Part shown: piece after piece, positions 32,512-42,750 of the stretch
Numbering within the stretch: position 1 is the first letter of the stretch
How the letters are laid out: every line of letters starts with the position of its first letter
NCBI GenBank assembly: GCA_017616785.1
Contig: JAFZXK010000005.1
Location: 7,906 to 71,905, forward strand
Length of the DNA: 64,000 nt
Source: Alphaproteobacteria bacterium
GTDB lineage: Bacteria; Pseudomonadota; Alphaproteobacteria; Rs-D84
Reading direction: 5' to 3'
The notes under the pieces: generated by a model
Seen by the model: only the letters and a program-made list of their open reading frames with translations
Told to the model about the DNA's origin: nothing
The model's database searches: none
Program-made: the position numbers and the translations under genes

Positions 32512-33144
32512 TTAACGCGAATAAAATTCAACGACCAATTCAGGAAACATTTGAACCGGATATGGCACATCCGCAAAGGACGGCACGCGTGTGAAAGTTG
32601 CGGTGAAATTCGCACTGTCCACATTGATATAATCCGGTGTATTGCGTTCGCCAGATTCCAACGCCAACACAACCAATGGCATTTGTTTTGCCTTGTCACT
32701 AACGGTGATGACATCGCCGGGTTTAACCTGATACGATGCGATTTTCACACGTTTGCCGTTGACATAGATATGACCATGGCTTACCAACTGACGCGCAGAA
32801 AAGACGGTCGGTGCAAGTTTTGCACGATACACAACCGCATCCAAACGACGTTCAAGCAAACCGATAAGGTTATCCGGCGTATCGCCACGCATATTGTTAG
32901 CTTCCAAATAATACGCGCGGAATTTCTTTTCGCCGATATTGCCATAGTATCCTTTCAGGGTCTGTTTTGCACGCATCTGCTTTGCATAATCGGTCATATT
33001 ACCGCCGCGCGATGTTGGTCCATGCTGGCCCGGTTTGTATTTGCGCTTGTTAAAGGGGGATTTTGCCTGGCCCCACAGGTTGACGCCCAAACTGCGTCCG
33101 ATTTTAAGTTTACGGGTACTGCGTTTTGCCCCATCTCTTGCCAT
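32512..33144 (-). CDS. rpsD: 30S ribosomal protein S4
   Basis: [33 protein letters not shown]. Confidence 0.97.
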   Translation of the reverse strand: MARDGAKRSTRKLKIGRSLGVNLWGQAKSPFNKRKYKPGQHGPTSRGGNMTDYAKQMRAKQTLKGYYGNIGEKKFRAYYLEANNMRGDTPDNLIGLLERRLDAVVYRAKLAPTVFSARQLVSHGHIYVNGKRVKIASYQVKPGDVITVSDKAKQMPLVVLALESGERNTPDYINVDSANFTATFTRVPSFADVPYPVQMFPELVVEFYSR

Positions 33145-33370
33145 AATTTTATCCTTTTGGTTTTTTTAGTTTGGCCGAACATTTGACAGAAACCTTATCA
33201 CGCCGGGACCAAAATCCACCGATGCTTAATCAGTTCTGATTCTATTCAGCCCGCGTAATATAAACCATTTTTTTTGAAAAAGCAAGGAAATAGTGAAAAA
33301 TGTTAGTCCGTCTCCGCTGTCGCTCCGCCGCGACAAGTGTTAGTGGTTAGTGATCATTTGAACACGTTCG

Positions 33371-33931
33371 TTATGCTTTTTGCAGCCCTAACAACGATTC
33401 AATTAGTTTCAATTGGATAAGTGCCGATTTTGCCCGTTCTTCATCCAGCGACCCAACTGCATATGATTGAAGTTCAGATATATGTGTTTGCATATATTTA
33501 TCAAACGGATTTGTAAATGGTCTGCCGAACAACTTATGTTTAGTGTTTTGATATAATTGCATAAGGGGTATTTTATCTTGATCCTTTATCTCGTCTTTTT
33601 CGTGATAATAATGCAATGATGCAAAATCAAATGGTTTACTGGGGGTATAAAAGCGCAATTCCTGGGTTGCGGGCACTTCCATATACAATTTCTTTGGATC
33701 ATAATGTTCAATTTTACAAGGGCCGATGTTATATATCGTCGTAAAATTATTATTCCACTTCCAATTGTCCAATTTCCACCGTTCCTCTTTGGTTTTTGGG
33801 TGGTTTGACGGTTGTCCTTCGGGATAAGATATTCTAACAGGATACAACTTTAACGCAGCGTACATTTGTATCAATTCCGACTTATACGGTGAATCGTACA
33901 GTTCGCCCATTTCCGCTCTATAATAATACAT
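33371..33931 (-). CDS. Hypothetical protein
   Basis: Start MYYYRAE at 33931 with SD aaagga. Confidence 0.7.
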   Translation of the reverse strand: MYYYRAEMGELYDSPYKSELIQMYAALKLYPVRISYPEGQPSNHPKTKEERWKLDNWKWNNNFTTIYNIGPCKIEHYDPKKLYMEVPATQELRFYTPSKPFDFASLHYYHEKDEIKDQDKIPLMQLYQNTKHKLFGRPFTNPFDKYMQTHISELQSYAVGSLDEERAKSALIQLKLIESLLGLQKA

Positions 33932-33996
33932 ATGAAATCCTTTTTTTATGTCCGGGACACACATTATCATTTATGCACGGGATGTCAAGATTTTTC

Positions 33997-36645
33997 TTAT
34001 CTCAACATTTTATATATGAAATTTATCGGGACTATGAGAATCGATAGCCCCATAACCGTTAACCATTGTGATAAATTTAATGGCCCCAGCCCAAGCATTG
34101 CGCCCCCAAATGTTACGCAAAGGTATGTGCCCACGAAAACCACGGCCGTTATAATCAAAAACATTGGGTTTTTGGACAGCCCAGAAAAGATATCAAACCC
34201 GCGGACACGGACACAAAAGCCATTTAACATTGCCATTATTATTATCAATGCAAAACGCGCAAACATGGCCGCATCACCAAATATCGAACTGAACGGTTGA
34301 ATCAAGGTTAATGCAAATATAAATATGCCGGCGATTGTCGTCCATATTACGCCCGCGATAGTATCGCCCGTAACCAGTGGTGCATTTTTACCCGCGGGCG
34401 GTTCGGTCATATATTCCATGCGTGGCGGTTCGCCACCAAACGCAAGTGAATTCAAACTGTCGATAACTATGTTTATTATCAATATCTGAACCGCCATAAA
34501 TGCCGTAACACCGGCCAGCAACGGGAACAAAGTGCACAATACCACAAGGATAAAGTTTATTGGCAATTGAAACCGCAAAAAACCCGTTACATTATGCATA
34601 AATGTCCGCCCCATAAGGATACTGTTGCCAATTGATACGAAGTTATTGTCCGTAATTATGATATCGCTTGCTTCCTTGCACACATCGGTGCTGTCGCCCA
34701 TGGCGTATCCAACATCCGCACCCTTTAACGCCGGTGCATCGTTTGTGCCGTCGCCGCACATACCGATACAAAGCCCGGATTCTTGGGCAATTTGAACAAG
34801 GCGCAATTTGGTGTGCGGTGTTGCGCGCGCAATCACACGAATTTTTGGCAAAATGCGTCGAACCATACCGTCCGACATTTTATCAAATTCGGTTGCGGTA
34901 ATTGCGATATCGTTTTCAGATTGTAAAATTCCGCTTTCATGCGCGATAACGCGGGCGGTTTCCAAGATATCACCGGTTATCATCATAACCGAAACACCGG
35001 CACTTTGCAATTCACGAACCATATCCGCGACACCGGGGCGAATATCGTCACGCAGTGCGGAAACCGTTACGAAGGTCAGGTTATCCGGAATTTGACCTGC
35101 CTTATGTGGTCCGTCGTAATACGCCGTTGCGATTACGCGCATGGCACGACGCGCATTTGAAACAATAATACGCCGGACCGTTGCGCGGTTTAACGGATGT
35201 GTTTTGCCACCAAGGTCCACATAGAACTTTGAATGTGCCAAAATAATTTCGGGCGCCGCCATAACATAGGTGCGCAAACCTTTGCCGACCCTGACCGTTG
35301 TTGCGGAAAACTTGTTCGCACTGTTAAACAATGTTTTTGTTAAAATTGGATGTTCACGCCGAATATTTTTTACCATTTTTTGATTCAGTCCCAATGCACC
35401 AAAAAGTGCGCGCTCGGTACTGTTGCCCCCGACAATTTGGTCGTCCGCATCAAGCATTGCACGACCATTTAGCACGATATTATTTACAACATGTCGCATA
35501 ACCGCGCCACCGGTGTCCCGATTAAACCCTATGTTCGTGCCGTCGCCGGTATAGTTTGCCACAGGCAGCATTTTCCCATATGTTATTGTTCCGGTTTTAT
35601 CAGTGCAAAGAATTTGGATATTGCCGGCCTCTGGAATTTTTGCCGGATTTTTTGCAAGCAAATTCATTTGCGTCATTTTGCGTGCGTTTTGTGCGGTTAT
35701 AATTCCGATAATAAACGGTAACCCTTCGGGGACCGCCGCCACAAATATGGTCAGCCCCATCGCAATCGCACGCACAACCGTATAAACCAAATCGCCAAAG
35801 TCCGCAAAACCGTAAACATACCAATGCATAAATATCATTATCACCGCGATTCCAAATGCACAACCGCCACCAATTTTGCCTATAAGACCCGCCAAATTAT
35901 CAAGTCCAATCTGTAATGCCGTTTTTTCTTCACCTATATCGGTAAGTGTCTTTAATATCTTGGCGTTTTCGGTATTCGGCCCGACACGCGTAACGCACAT
36001 TGCACCGCCACCACCATGGACCGTTGTGCCGGCAAAGACATAGTTTGCATTATTATAATCGTTTGCGGTTATGGGTGCGCCGCGGTCATATTTGAACCGC
36101 GGAATTGGGGATTTGTGAACCTCTTCACTTTCACCGTTAAGGACGGAATTGTTCACAGAAATATGCCCATGAACCAGGTATCCATCCGCCGGAATTGATT
36201 CGCCCGCCTGGAGCAAAACTATATCACCAACAACTATTTCGGTACTTTGGACATTACGAATACGGCCACCACGGATAACATTGCATGTGGTCAAAGCCGC
36301 ACGCCGGCGAAGTTCAAGTGTGCTGTGCTGGCTGCGCAGGTGCGTGATAACATTTACAATTGCAACGATACCAAGGACTACACCTATGCCAATTGCTTCG
36401 GTAATATCGCCATAGCCCAAAAGCGAAAGTCCTGCAAAGATAATCGTCATAATAAGCAAAATCATATTTATCTTGTCCCGAAAAACATCGACCAAGAAAT
36501 CCCATGCGGTCTTTACCCGCGGGTCGGGCATAACATTCGCGCCGTATTTCTTGCGGCTTGCGGCAACTTGATTCAAAGAAAGCCCGGTAAGTGTCAATAA
36601 ATTTTCCCCCTGCCCTGTGCCGTATATTTTATCGCTTTTTGGCAC
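33997..36645 (-). CDS. P-type cation (Ca2+-like) ATPase
   Basis: VPEGLP, DKTGT, MITGD, GDGTNDAPAL; start codon uncertain. Confidence 0.92.
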   Translation of the reverse strand: MPKSDKIYGTGQGENLLTLTGLSLNQVAASRKKYGANVMPDPRVKTAWDFLVDVFRDKINMILLIMTIIFAGLSLLGYGDITEAIGIGVVLGIVAIVNVITHLRSQHSTLELRRRAALTTCNVIRGGRIRNVQSTEIVVGDIVLLQAGESIPADGYLVHGHISVNNSVLNGESEEVHKSPIPRFKYDRGAPITANDYNNANYVFAGTTVHGGGGAMCVTRVGPNTENAKILKTLTDIGEEKTALQIGLDNLAGLIGKIGGGCAFGIAVIMIFMHWYVYGFADFGDLVYTVVRAIAMGLTIFVAAVPEGLPFIIGIITAQNARKMTQMNLLAKNPAKIPEAGNIQILCTDKTGTITYGKMLPVANYTGDGTNIGFNRDTGGAVMRHVVNNIVLNGRAMLDADDQIVGGNSTERALFGALGLNQKMVKNIRREHPILTKTLFNSANKFSATTVRVGKGLRTYVMAAPEIILAHSKFYVDLGGKTHPLNRATVRRIIVSNARRAMRVIATAYYDGPHKAGQIPDNLTFVTVSALRDDIRPGVADMVRELQSAGVSVMMITGDILETARVIAHESGILQSENDIAITATEFDKMSDGMVRRILPKIRVIARATPHTKLRLVQIAQESGLCIGMCGDGTNDAPALKGADVGYAMGDSTDVCKEASDIIITDNNFVSIGNSILMGRTFMHNVTGFLRFQLPINFILVVLCTLFPLLAGVTAFMAVQILIINIVIDSLNSLAFGGEPPRMEYMTEPPAGKNAPLVTGDTIAGVIWTTIAGIFIFALTLIQPFSSIFGDAAMFARFALIIIMAMLNGFCVRVRGFDIFSGLSKNPMFLIITAVVFVGTYLCVTFGGAMLGLGPLNLSQWLTVMGLSILIVPINFIYKMLR

Positions 36646-36670
36646 CCCGGCGCAAGGAGATTTTTGGTTA

Positions 36671-37267
36671 TTAGAAAAGTTGTGCTATGCTTTGTAAAAT
36701 ATGACCGTATTTTACTATTGCGGTTTCATTTGGCGCGACCAAGAAATCATTCTTTGTAATATCGATTGGGCCTTTACCATCCGTTGTTATTTTAGTGGCC
36801 CGAACGACCGTCTTTTTATCCATCAATAAATCCATACAATCGATGGCATTTATTCGAACAAGCCCGGACACTTCATCTGGCTGAAAATGGAAATTTGTAA
36901 AATTTAACGATAATTTATTCATATAAACATGCGCAAAGGCGCGATCGTGCCATTGTTTTTCATCTTTATCTTGGCGCCAAAATGCAATTTCCAACGGAAT
37001 TGCATTTGATACATCCATATCAATACCAATTTCTTCTTTGATTTCACGTTTGAACGCATCACGCACAGTTTCGCCCGCCAAAACATGTCCGGAGGCCGTT
37101 GTGTAGAGTTTTCTACAATCAGCCCGCTCTTGAAAATATATATTTTTGTTATCGTCATAAAGCCAACAATGAACCGTCTTGTGCCAAATTCCCTTTTTAT
37201 GGACAACATCGCGAGATTCCGTCCCAATCTTATTCATATACTCGTCATAAATATCAATATTTTCCAT
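36671..37267 (-). CDS. NUDIX hydrolase (IDI-like)
   Basis: GIWHKTVHCW, SGHVLAGE...REIKEEIG. Confidence 0.85.
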   Translation of the reverse strand: MENIDIYDEYMNKIGTESRDVVHKKGIWHKTVHCWLYDDNKNIYFQERADCRKLYTTASGHVLAGETVRDAFKREIKEEIGIDMDVSNAIPLEIAFWRQDKDEKQWHDRAFAHVYMNKLSLNFTNFHFQPDEVSGLVRINAIDCMDLLMDKKTVVRATKITTDGKGPIDITKNDFLVAPNETAIVKYGHILQSIAQLF

Positions 37268-37281
37268 ATTGTTGCTTTCTC

Positions 37282-38217
37282 CTATTGCTTATCAACCTTC
37301 ATACCGAAAAAGAATATTTTCCCCTGTCGTATTGTTACGTGTCGGACATAGGTCTTTTTTGCAGGGACATATTTGTCAATTTCCTTGGCAAACATTTCCG
37401 GCTTCATGCCGATATTGCCCGCATATTTTACAAATGTTTCATACACAAGTTTATTGGAATGTTCCCTATCATAAGGCCAAGTATAATAACAATCCACAAT
37501 GACATGTCCCCCAGAATTCACAACCGCCGCTTCTTCCGACGAAAATTGCGGTGGGATTGGTGTGGCGGGCGCCAAATTATATTTTAATGGCAATGTCCTT
37601 ATTTTTCCCGTAAACGCGGCGTTTAGCAAATCTTGGACCGGGTAACGCAAAGGCACTTTTGTTTCGAACAAAACGTTTTCCGCCGCAGCCATCCTTTTAA
37701 GATTTAATAACAAAACCCCGGTATTATAATATGGTCTATCATTTAGATACTTGTGTGAAAAATCCCTAACAAATGCGCCCATTTCATTATTCGCCTCGTG
37801 AATTGGGGCCATGTCGTAAACCGCACCAAAGGCACAACTTGAAACATCCATATTAAACAATTCCGCCAAATCGTGAAAAATCAAAGTAACGGTGTTAAGG
37901 TATAATATCTTGTCAATATCTTTAAAGAAACGGTGCGGAATACAGCGATAAAATGTTACCGGGTCATATTTGGAAAATTCCGGCGTCGCGAACGGGTTTT
38001 CGGATGGTTCTATTTCACGCCACACCAATTTTGCGCCATTTTTATGGGATTTTACGATTTTTTTAATCTTTCTGTGTCCCTTGGTCCCCGGCGCAACCAT
38101 ACAATATATCGTCAGTTGCGTTGTCGGATTGGCGGTTGACAGCAAAGATTCCATAGACACCGCCGCCATACGCCAAAACCGCGAATCAAAACAATATAAT
38201 ACATTTACTTTATCCAT
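37282..38217 (-). CDS. Glycosyltransferase family 8 homolog with degenerate DxD
   Basis: KILYLNTVTL, YYNTGVLLLNL, VQDLLN, LPLKYN. Confidence 0.8.
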   Translation of the reverse strand: MDKVNVLYCFDSRFWRMAAVSMESLLSTANPTTQLTIYCMVAPGTKGHRKIKKIVKSHKNGAKLVWREIEPSENPFATPEFSKYDPVTFYRCIPHRFFKDIDKILYLNTVTLIFHDLAELFNMDVSSCAFGAVYDMAPIHEANNEMGAFVRDFSHKYLNDRPYYNTGVLLLNLKRMAAAENVLFETKVPLRYPVQDLLNAAFTGKIRTLPLKYNLAPATPIPPQFSSEEAAVVNSGGHVIVDCYYTWPYDREHSNKLVYETFVKYAGNIGMKPEMFAKEIDKYVPAKKTYVRHVTIRQGKIFFFGMKVDKQ

Positions 38218-39158
38218 GTTAAATACCTGCACAATAATCGTTGTTTGAACGGCAAATACTTTTTCACAATAAACCGGCACGCCGAAGCCATTATTTTTCG
38301 CAAATCTTTCTTGTCCTTAAATGTCAATTTGTCACCGAATTTAATAAAACATTCTGACAGCAACAACATAAATAGCCCACTATAGAATTCAGACAAGAAC
38401 GCCCTATCATATTTGTCCAATAATTCTTCGCGCATATATTTGAACAAAATTGGAAATATCTTTACGCGTTCGATATTAAACATTTGCTGAACAGATGACA
38501 CAGATGAACCATGACTGCGATGATAAACACCTTCGACATTTAGCTCAATAAACTGTGGCACATGCCACATTAAGTCCGCCATAAAGATAATGTCGTCACC
38601 ATTTACCTTCATTTCATCGTGGAAACGAACATTTTTTAAAAGTTCGCGTTTATATATCCGACGCCATATCCACACAAACTTGCGATTAGCCGCCGGTATA
38701 AGTAACATATCACGCGGATTATCATAAACCTTGTAATCAGTAATATTCCATTTTGCCCCAGATGGTCTAAAATGAAAATCCACATCAACCGTTTTACTTA
38801 GCGCGCCAACAATACCAATATTCGTGTTTCGCGCCAATGTTACCAGCATTTCCAAAAAGTATTCAGTATAACAATCATCCGAATCCAAAAATGCGATATA
38901 TTCCCCACTCGCCATATCCAGGCCCACATTACGTGTTGCGGAAATACCCACAGATTCGGAATTCACGGCCAATTTGAAACGGTCGTCACCACTAATCAGT
39001 TCTTTTATAACGTCTACGGAATCATCCGTGCTTGCATCATCAATGATAATGCATTCCCAATCAGTCAGCGTTTGGGCCTTTATCGAATTAATCGCATCAG
39101 GTATAAACCTCCCGTAATTACGATTTGGCAAGATAATAGATACAGTCGGACCTTTCAT
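38205..39158 (-). CDS. Glycosyltransferase family 2
   Basis: IIDDASTD, YIAFLDSDD. Confidence 0.9.
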   Translation of the reverse strand: MKGPTVSIILPNRNYGRFIPDAINSIKAQTLTDWECIIIDDASTDDSVDVIKELISGDDRFKLAVNSESVGISATRNVGLDMASGEYIAFLDSDDCYTEYFLEMLVTLARNTNIGIVGALSKTVDVDFHFRPSGAKWNITDYKVYDNPRDMLLIPAANRKFVWIWRRIYKRELLKNVRFHDEMKVNGDDIIFMADLMWHVPQFIELNVEGVYHRSHGSSVSSVQQMFNIERVKIFPILFKYMREELLDKYDRAFLSEFYSGLFMLLLSECFIKFGDKLTFKDKKDLRKIMASACRFIVKKYLPFKQRLLCRYLTWIK

Positions 39159-39244
39159 AACATTGCCACTATAATACATTTAGGAAAGTTTGTGCAACAG
39201 AAAAATTGTTATTTGACAATATATTTATGCCGATGGATTTTTTT

Positions 39245-39538
39245 GCACGATTGCTAATTGTTTATTCGCGGATTGTGTGCTGCGCTATCGCTCGCACACA
39301 TCCCTTCATCTCCGCGGGTAAAATCAAAAAATCCACCATCCGGTGGATTTTTAAGATAAATTTGCTGTCTTGATAAACAATAATCAATCGTAAATGCAAA
39401 AACTCTACTAAAAATATCCGTTTTCGCACGATTGCTAATTGTTTATTCGCGGATTGTGTGCTGCACTGTCGCTCGCACACATCCCTTCATCTCCGCCGGT
39501 AAAATCAAAAAATCCACCATCCGGTGGATTTTTAAGAT
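39245..39538. repeat. Two ~113 bp direct repeats (39245-39357, 39426-39538), each with an inverted copy of the tRNA-Ser 3' end and a terminator hairpin
   Basis: Near-identical units at a 181 bp period; atcccttcatctccgc(c) is complementary to 39547-39563. Confidence 0.9.
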
Positions 39539-39545
39539 TTTAACA

Positions 39546-39636
39546 TGGCGGAGATGAAGGGATTCGAACCCTTGATACGGTTGCCCGTATACCACATTTC
39601 CAATGTGGCGCACTAGACCAACTATGCGACATCTCC
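39546..39636 (-). tRNA. tRNA-Ser(GGA)
   Basis: Reverse complement ggagatgtcgcatagttgg...ccacattGGAaatgtgg, long variable arm, ggttcgaatccc...cca. Confidence 0.95.
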
Positions 39637-39654
39637 GGATTTATGTTATTTTAC

Positions 39655-40044
39655 TTATTCGTCGTCGGATTCGGCGGCATCTGGGGTATCTTCGTCAACC
39701 AATTCCGCCGCATCAACCGGCGCGTCACCCAAAAGCGTTTCTTCCAATTCCGCATCAATATCGCGCAATTCAGGATTATCACTTTTGACTTCTAATGTTT
39801 CTTCGGCATTTTCAACCGCCGGCGTTTCCTTGTAAGATTGCACGAATTCGTGGCGAATATTTGCGATATCTAACCGCCCACTTGCGATTTCGCGCAATGC
39901 CACAACCGTCGGTTTATCGTTGCCGCGTTCGACCACCGGTGCCGCGCCCCCGTTCAGGTCACGAACCCGCTGTGACGCCAACATCCCCAGTTCATAGCGG
40001 CTTTCCACAAATGGTAATGTATCAGAATTAGTCGTGCGTGCCAT
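39655..40044 (-). CDS. rpoZ: RNA polymerase omega subunit
   Basis: [25 protein letters not shown]. Confidence 0.92.
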   Translation of the reverse strand: MARTTNSDTLPFVESRYELGMLASQRVRDLNGGAAPVVERGNDKPTVVALREIASGRLDIANIRHEFVQSYKETPAVENAEETLEVKSDNPELRDIDAELEETLLGDAPVDAAELVDEDTPDAAESDDE

Positions 40045-40095
40045 ATTAAATTCCTTTGTTGAAATATATTTTAGCCACGCTATAATGATTCAAAA

Positions 40096-41358
40096 ATGGT
40101 CAAAATGCAAGAAAAAAATAACATTAGAACATTATCTTTTGGGTGTCGCCTTAACGCGATGGAATGCGAAAAGATAAAAGATATGTTGGCACCGCACAAA
40201 ATACATGCGGTTATTGTGAATACTTGCGCCGTAACCGCAGAGGCCGAACGCCAATGCGGCCAGGCGGTGCGCAAAATTGCACGCGAAAATCCGGGTGCCA
40301 CGATTTTTGTTACTGGATGCGCCGCGACACGAAACCCAAAACTGTTTGAAAAAATTCCGGGCGCGATTGTTATACCAAATGAAAAAAAGATGGTTTTGGA
40401 CGCCTATTTGGACCAAATACAGCAAAAAAATCGCGGCAATACGCAACTGGAAACAGTTGGTAAATTTGATACAGAAAGCAAACTTTCAAAACAATTTATT
40501 CAAATTCAAAATGGATGCAATCACGATTGCACTTATTGCGTAACGCGTCTTTTGCGGGGGCCGGCGGTGTCGTTTGAATATGATGAAATTTTGAAAAATG
40601 TCCGCGCGGCGACCGAAAATGGTTTTGGCGAAGTCGTCCTTACGGGTGTTGACGCGGCGTCTTATGTTCGGGTTTATGATGGGCGACCGTTTTTGATTTC
40701 CGATTTGTGTCGGCAACTGTTAGATGATGTACCGGACTTGCGGCGGTTGCGCCTTTCGTCCGTTGATCCGGCGGTGCCGGCGATACGCGATATTATTGAA
40801 ATAATGAAGCAAAATGACCGATTTATGCCACACCTGCATCTTTCTATGCAGTCGGGTTCTGACACAATTTTGCACGCGATGCGACGGCGGCATACGGCGG
40901 ACATGGTGCGCGAATTGGTAAAATTGGCGGACGGCAAAGTTAGTTTCAGTTGGGATATAATTTGTGGTTTTCCGGGGGAAACGGACGAATTGTTTAATGA
41001 AACATTGGAATTGGCCCGCGAATTGGGACCAATTCGGATTCATGCCTTTCCTTTTTCACCGCGTCCCGGAACGGTTGCGGCGGAAATGCCAAACCAGGTT
41101 CCATGCAATATCGCACGGGCGCGCGTGCGGCAAATAACAAATGTTGCGAATGAAAACCTGCGTAAATTCATGCTATCCCGGGTTGGCAATGTGTCACGAG
41201 TTTTGGTTGAATCAAATAATATTGCACGAACACCGGACGACATACCGGTTAAAATAGTCGGCGTCCCTATTCCGCCCCGCACAATTTGCGATGTTAAAAT
41301 CACCGGCATTGATGATGCGACCCCAATGTTCTATGCCGATGTGATAATAGGACACTAG
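40096..41358 (+). CDS. mtaB: MiaB/MtaB-family radical SAM methylthiotransferase
   Basis: FGCRLN, NTCAVTAEAE, CNHDCTYC, GFPGET. Confidence 0.88.
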   Translation: MVKMQEKNNIRTLSFGCRLNAMECEKIKDMLAPHKIHAVIVNTCAVTAEAERQCGQAVRKIARENPGATIFVTGCAATRNPKLFEKIPGAIVIPNEKKMVLDAYLDQIQQKNRGNTQLETVGKFDTESKLSKQFIQIQNGCNHDCTYCVTRLLRGPAVSFEYDEILKNVRAATENGFGEVVLTGVDAASYVRVYDGRPFLISDLCRQLLDDVPDLRRLRLSSVDPAVPAIRDIIEIMKQNDRFMPHLHLSMQSGSDTILHAMRRRHTADMVRELVKLADGKVSFSWDIICGFPGETDELFNETLELARELGPIRIHAFPFSPRPGTVAAEMPNQVPCNIARARVRQITNVANENLRKFMLSRVGNVSRVLVESNNIARTPDDIPVKIVGVPIPPRTICDVKITGIDDATPMFYADVIIGH

Positions 41359-42722
41359 TTATTCAAATTCCAAAGCCAACAATATTCCGGGTCATTTTCA
41401 TGACCGGATTCATACCCCGCACAGGTCATTTTGTTTTGCTTGGTTTCCAATGCGGTTATATTCGGAATCGCCGAACCGTTTTCCAGCGCGCCGGTGGTTG
41501 AATCATAACTTGCGGCACTTGCCACCGCAATACCCGAACCCAAAGCACCAGTTGAATCATAGTTCGCAAGTGTGTTTGCCGTGCCGGTCGGTGCCGAATT
41601 TTGTATTTCCGTATGTAACGCACTATACACATCCTTTAACAATTCCAACGATACCAACGCGGATTTAACCTGTGCCTCGGTAAGGCCTTGACTGGTTGCA
41701 AACATGGCGGATGCCGTTGTGCCGTCAACATAGTTCATAACCCGCTGTGCACCAGATTTTGCGGTTAATGCCAAATCTTTACCAGCGGTCGTATAAACCC
41801 ATGACGGGTTTCCGGCGGCATTCAACACAACCGCCTGATTCCCCTTTGGCGCGGCATCCCCGGTGGATTTTTCCGATAAGTTACTTTGTTTGGCATTCAA
41901 CGCCTCCGCCACGGCACGAACGGTTGGAACAGAATTTTCGGTATTGTAATAACTACCAGTAAATAAACTCAAATCTCCTTCAAGTTCAAGCATAGTTGCG
42001 TAATCCAAAATACCAATTTGATTACCCTCTAATGTTTGTGTGGTTGAATCATATACAACCAAACTCGGAACATACAGGTCATTTTCAGTGCCGTCGCCAT
42101 CATAAAACAAAACATTTCCACTGGTGATTTTTGGTTGCCAATAGTTATCGAGTTCATAGAAAACAGCACTAGCCGTTGGTATAGATGTATCATCTCCGGT
42201 TTCTTCAAGCGTCAACCCTTGATCATATAAAAAACCCGATGTTACAATTTGCATTTTACCAATTTCACCATCCGTGTCCCCATCAGTAAGGACACTGTAA
42301 TAATCGTCCTCGGTTGCCGGAATTTCGTCTTGCTTGGTATCGACGTATGCTTTGGATGCGACGGTTTTTTGTGCGGCGGGGTCCGGGTCGGTTGCGAATG
42401 CCGGGATAGTGATAATCAGCGACAAAAGAACAAGCACCTTTGTCATGGCGGGCTTGGTCCGCCATAGGGTTGTTTTTATTGTCATTCCGGGCTTGGTCCG
42501 GAACCCTATTGCGGCTCGGGGGCCGCAATGACAAAAAGATTGGTGTTCGTTGCGTAATCCCCGCGTATCGGTTTGTAATTCCCCTTCTTTCCAAGAAGGG
42601 GTGCGGCATAGCATGCCGCGGGGTAGTTTATTTACCCATACCCCCCGGCGGTTCCGCCGGACCCCTTTCCCCAGGAAAGGGGAATTCATTTGACGATTGA
42701 AAAATTTGAAAAGTGTTGTCAT
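41355..42722 (-). CDS. Exported fibrous protein with SKxYVD/KQ neck-like repeats; palindromic elements in the N-terminal coding region
   Basis: SD aagaggg before the ATG at 42722; signal h-region VLVLLSLIITIPAFA; TVASKAYVDTKQ. Confidence 0.75.
   Translation of the reverse strand: MTTLFKFFNRQMNSPFLGKGVRRNRRGVWVNKLPRGMLCRTPSWKEGELQTDTRGLRNEHQSFCHCGPRAAIGFRTKPGMTIKTTLWRTKPAMTKVLVLLSLIITIPAFATDPDPAAQKTVASKAYVDTKQDEIPATEDDYYSVLTDGDTDGEIGKMQIVTSGFLYDQGLTLEETGDDTSIPTASAVFYELDNYWQPKITSGNVLFYDGDGTENDLYVPSLVVYDSTTQTLEGNQIGILDYATMLELEGDLSLFTGSYYNTENSVPTVRAVAEALNAKQSNLSEKSTGDAAPKGNQAVVLNAAGNPSWVYTTAGKDLALTAKSGAQRVMNYVDGTTASAMFATSQGLTEAQVKSALVSLELLKDVYSALHTEIQNSAPTGTANTLANYDSTGALGSGIAVASAASYDSTTGALENGSAIPNITALETKQNKMTCAGYESGHENDPEYCWLWNLNN
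42441..42686. repeat. Cluster of REP/RPE-like palindromic elements (42441-42465, 42480-42533, 42577-42686)
   Basis: tgtcatt...aatgaca and aattcccct...aggggaatt terminal inverted repeats with internal hairpins. Confidence 0.8.
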
Positions 42723-42750
42723 TGTGTTCCCTCTTTTTTGTTTGTTGTGT

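Noticed and set aside
39245-39538. Repeat-spacer-repeat resembling CRISPR
   Set aside because: Units are ~113 bp, only two copies, tRNA-derived, and no cas genes are present
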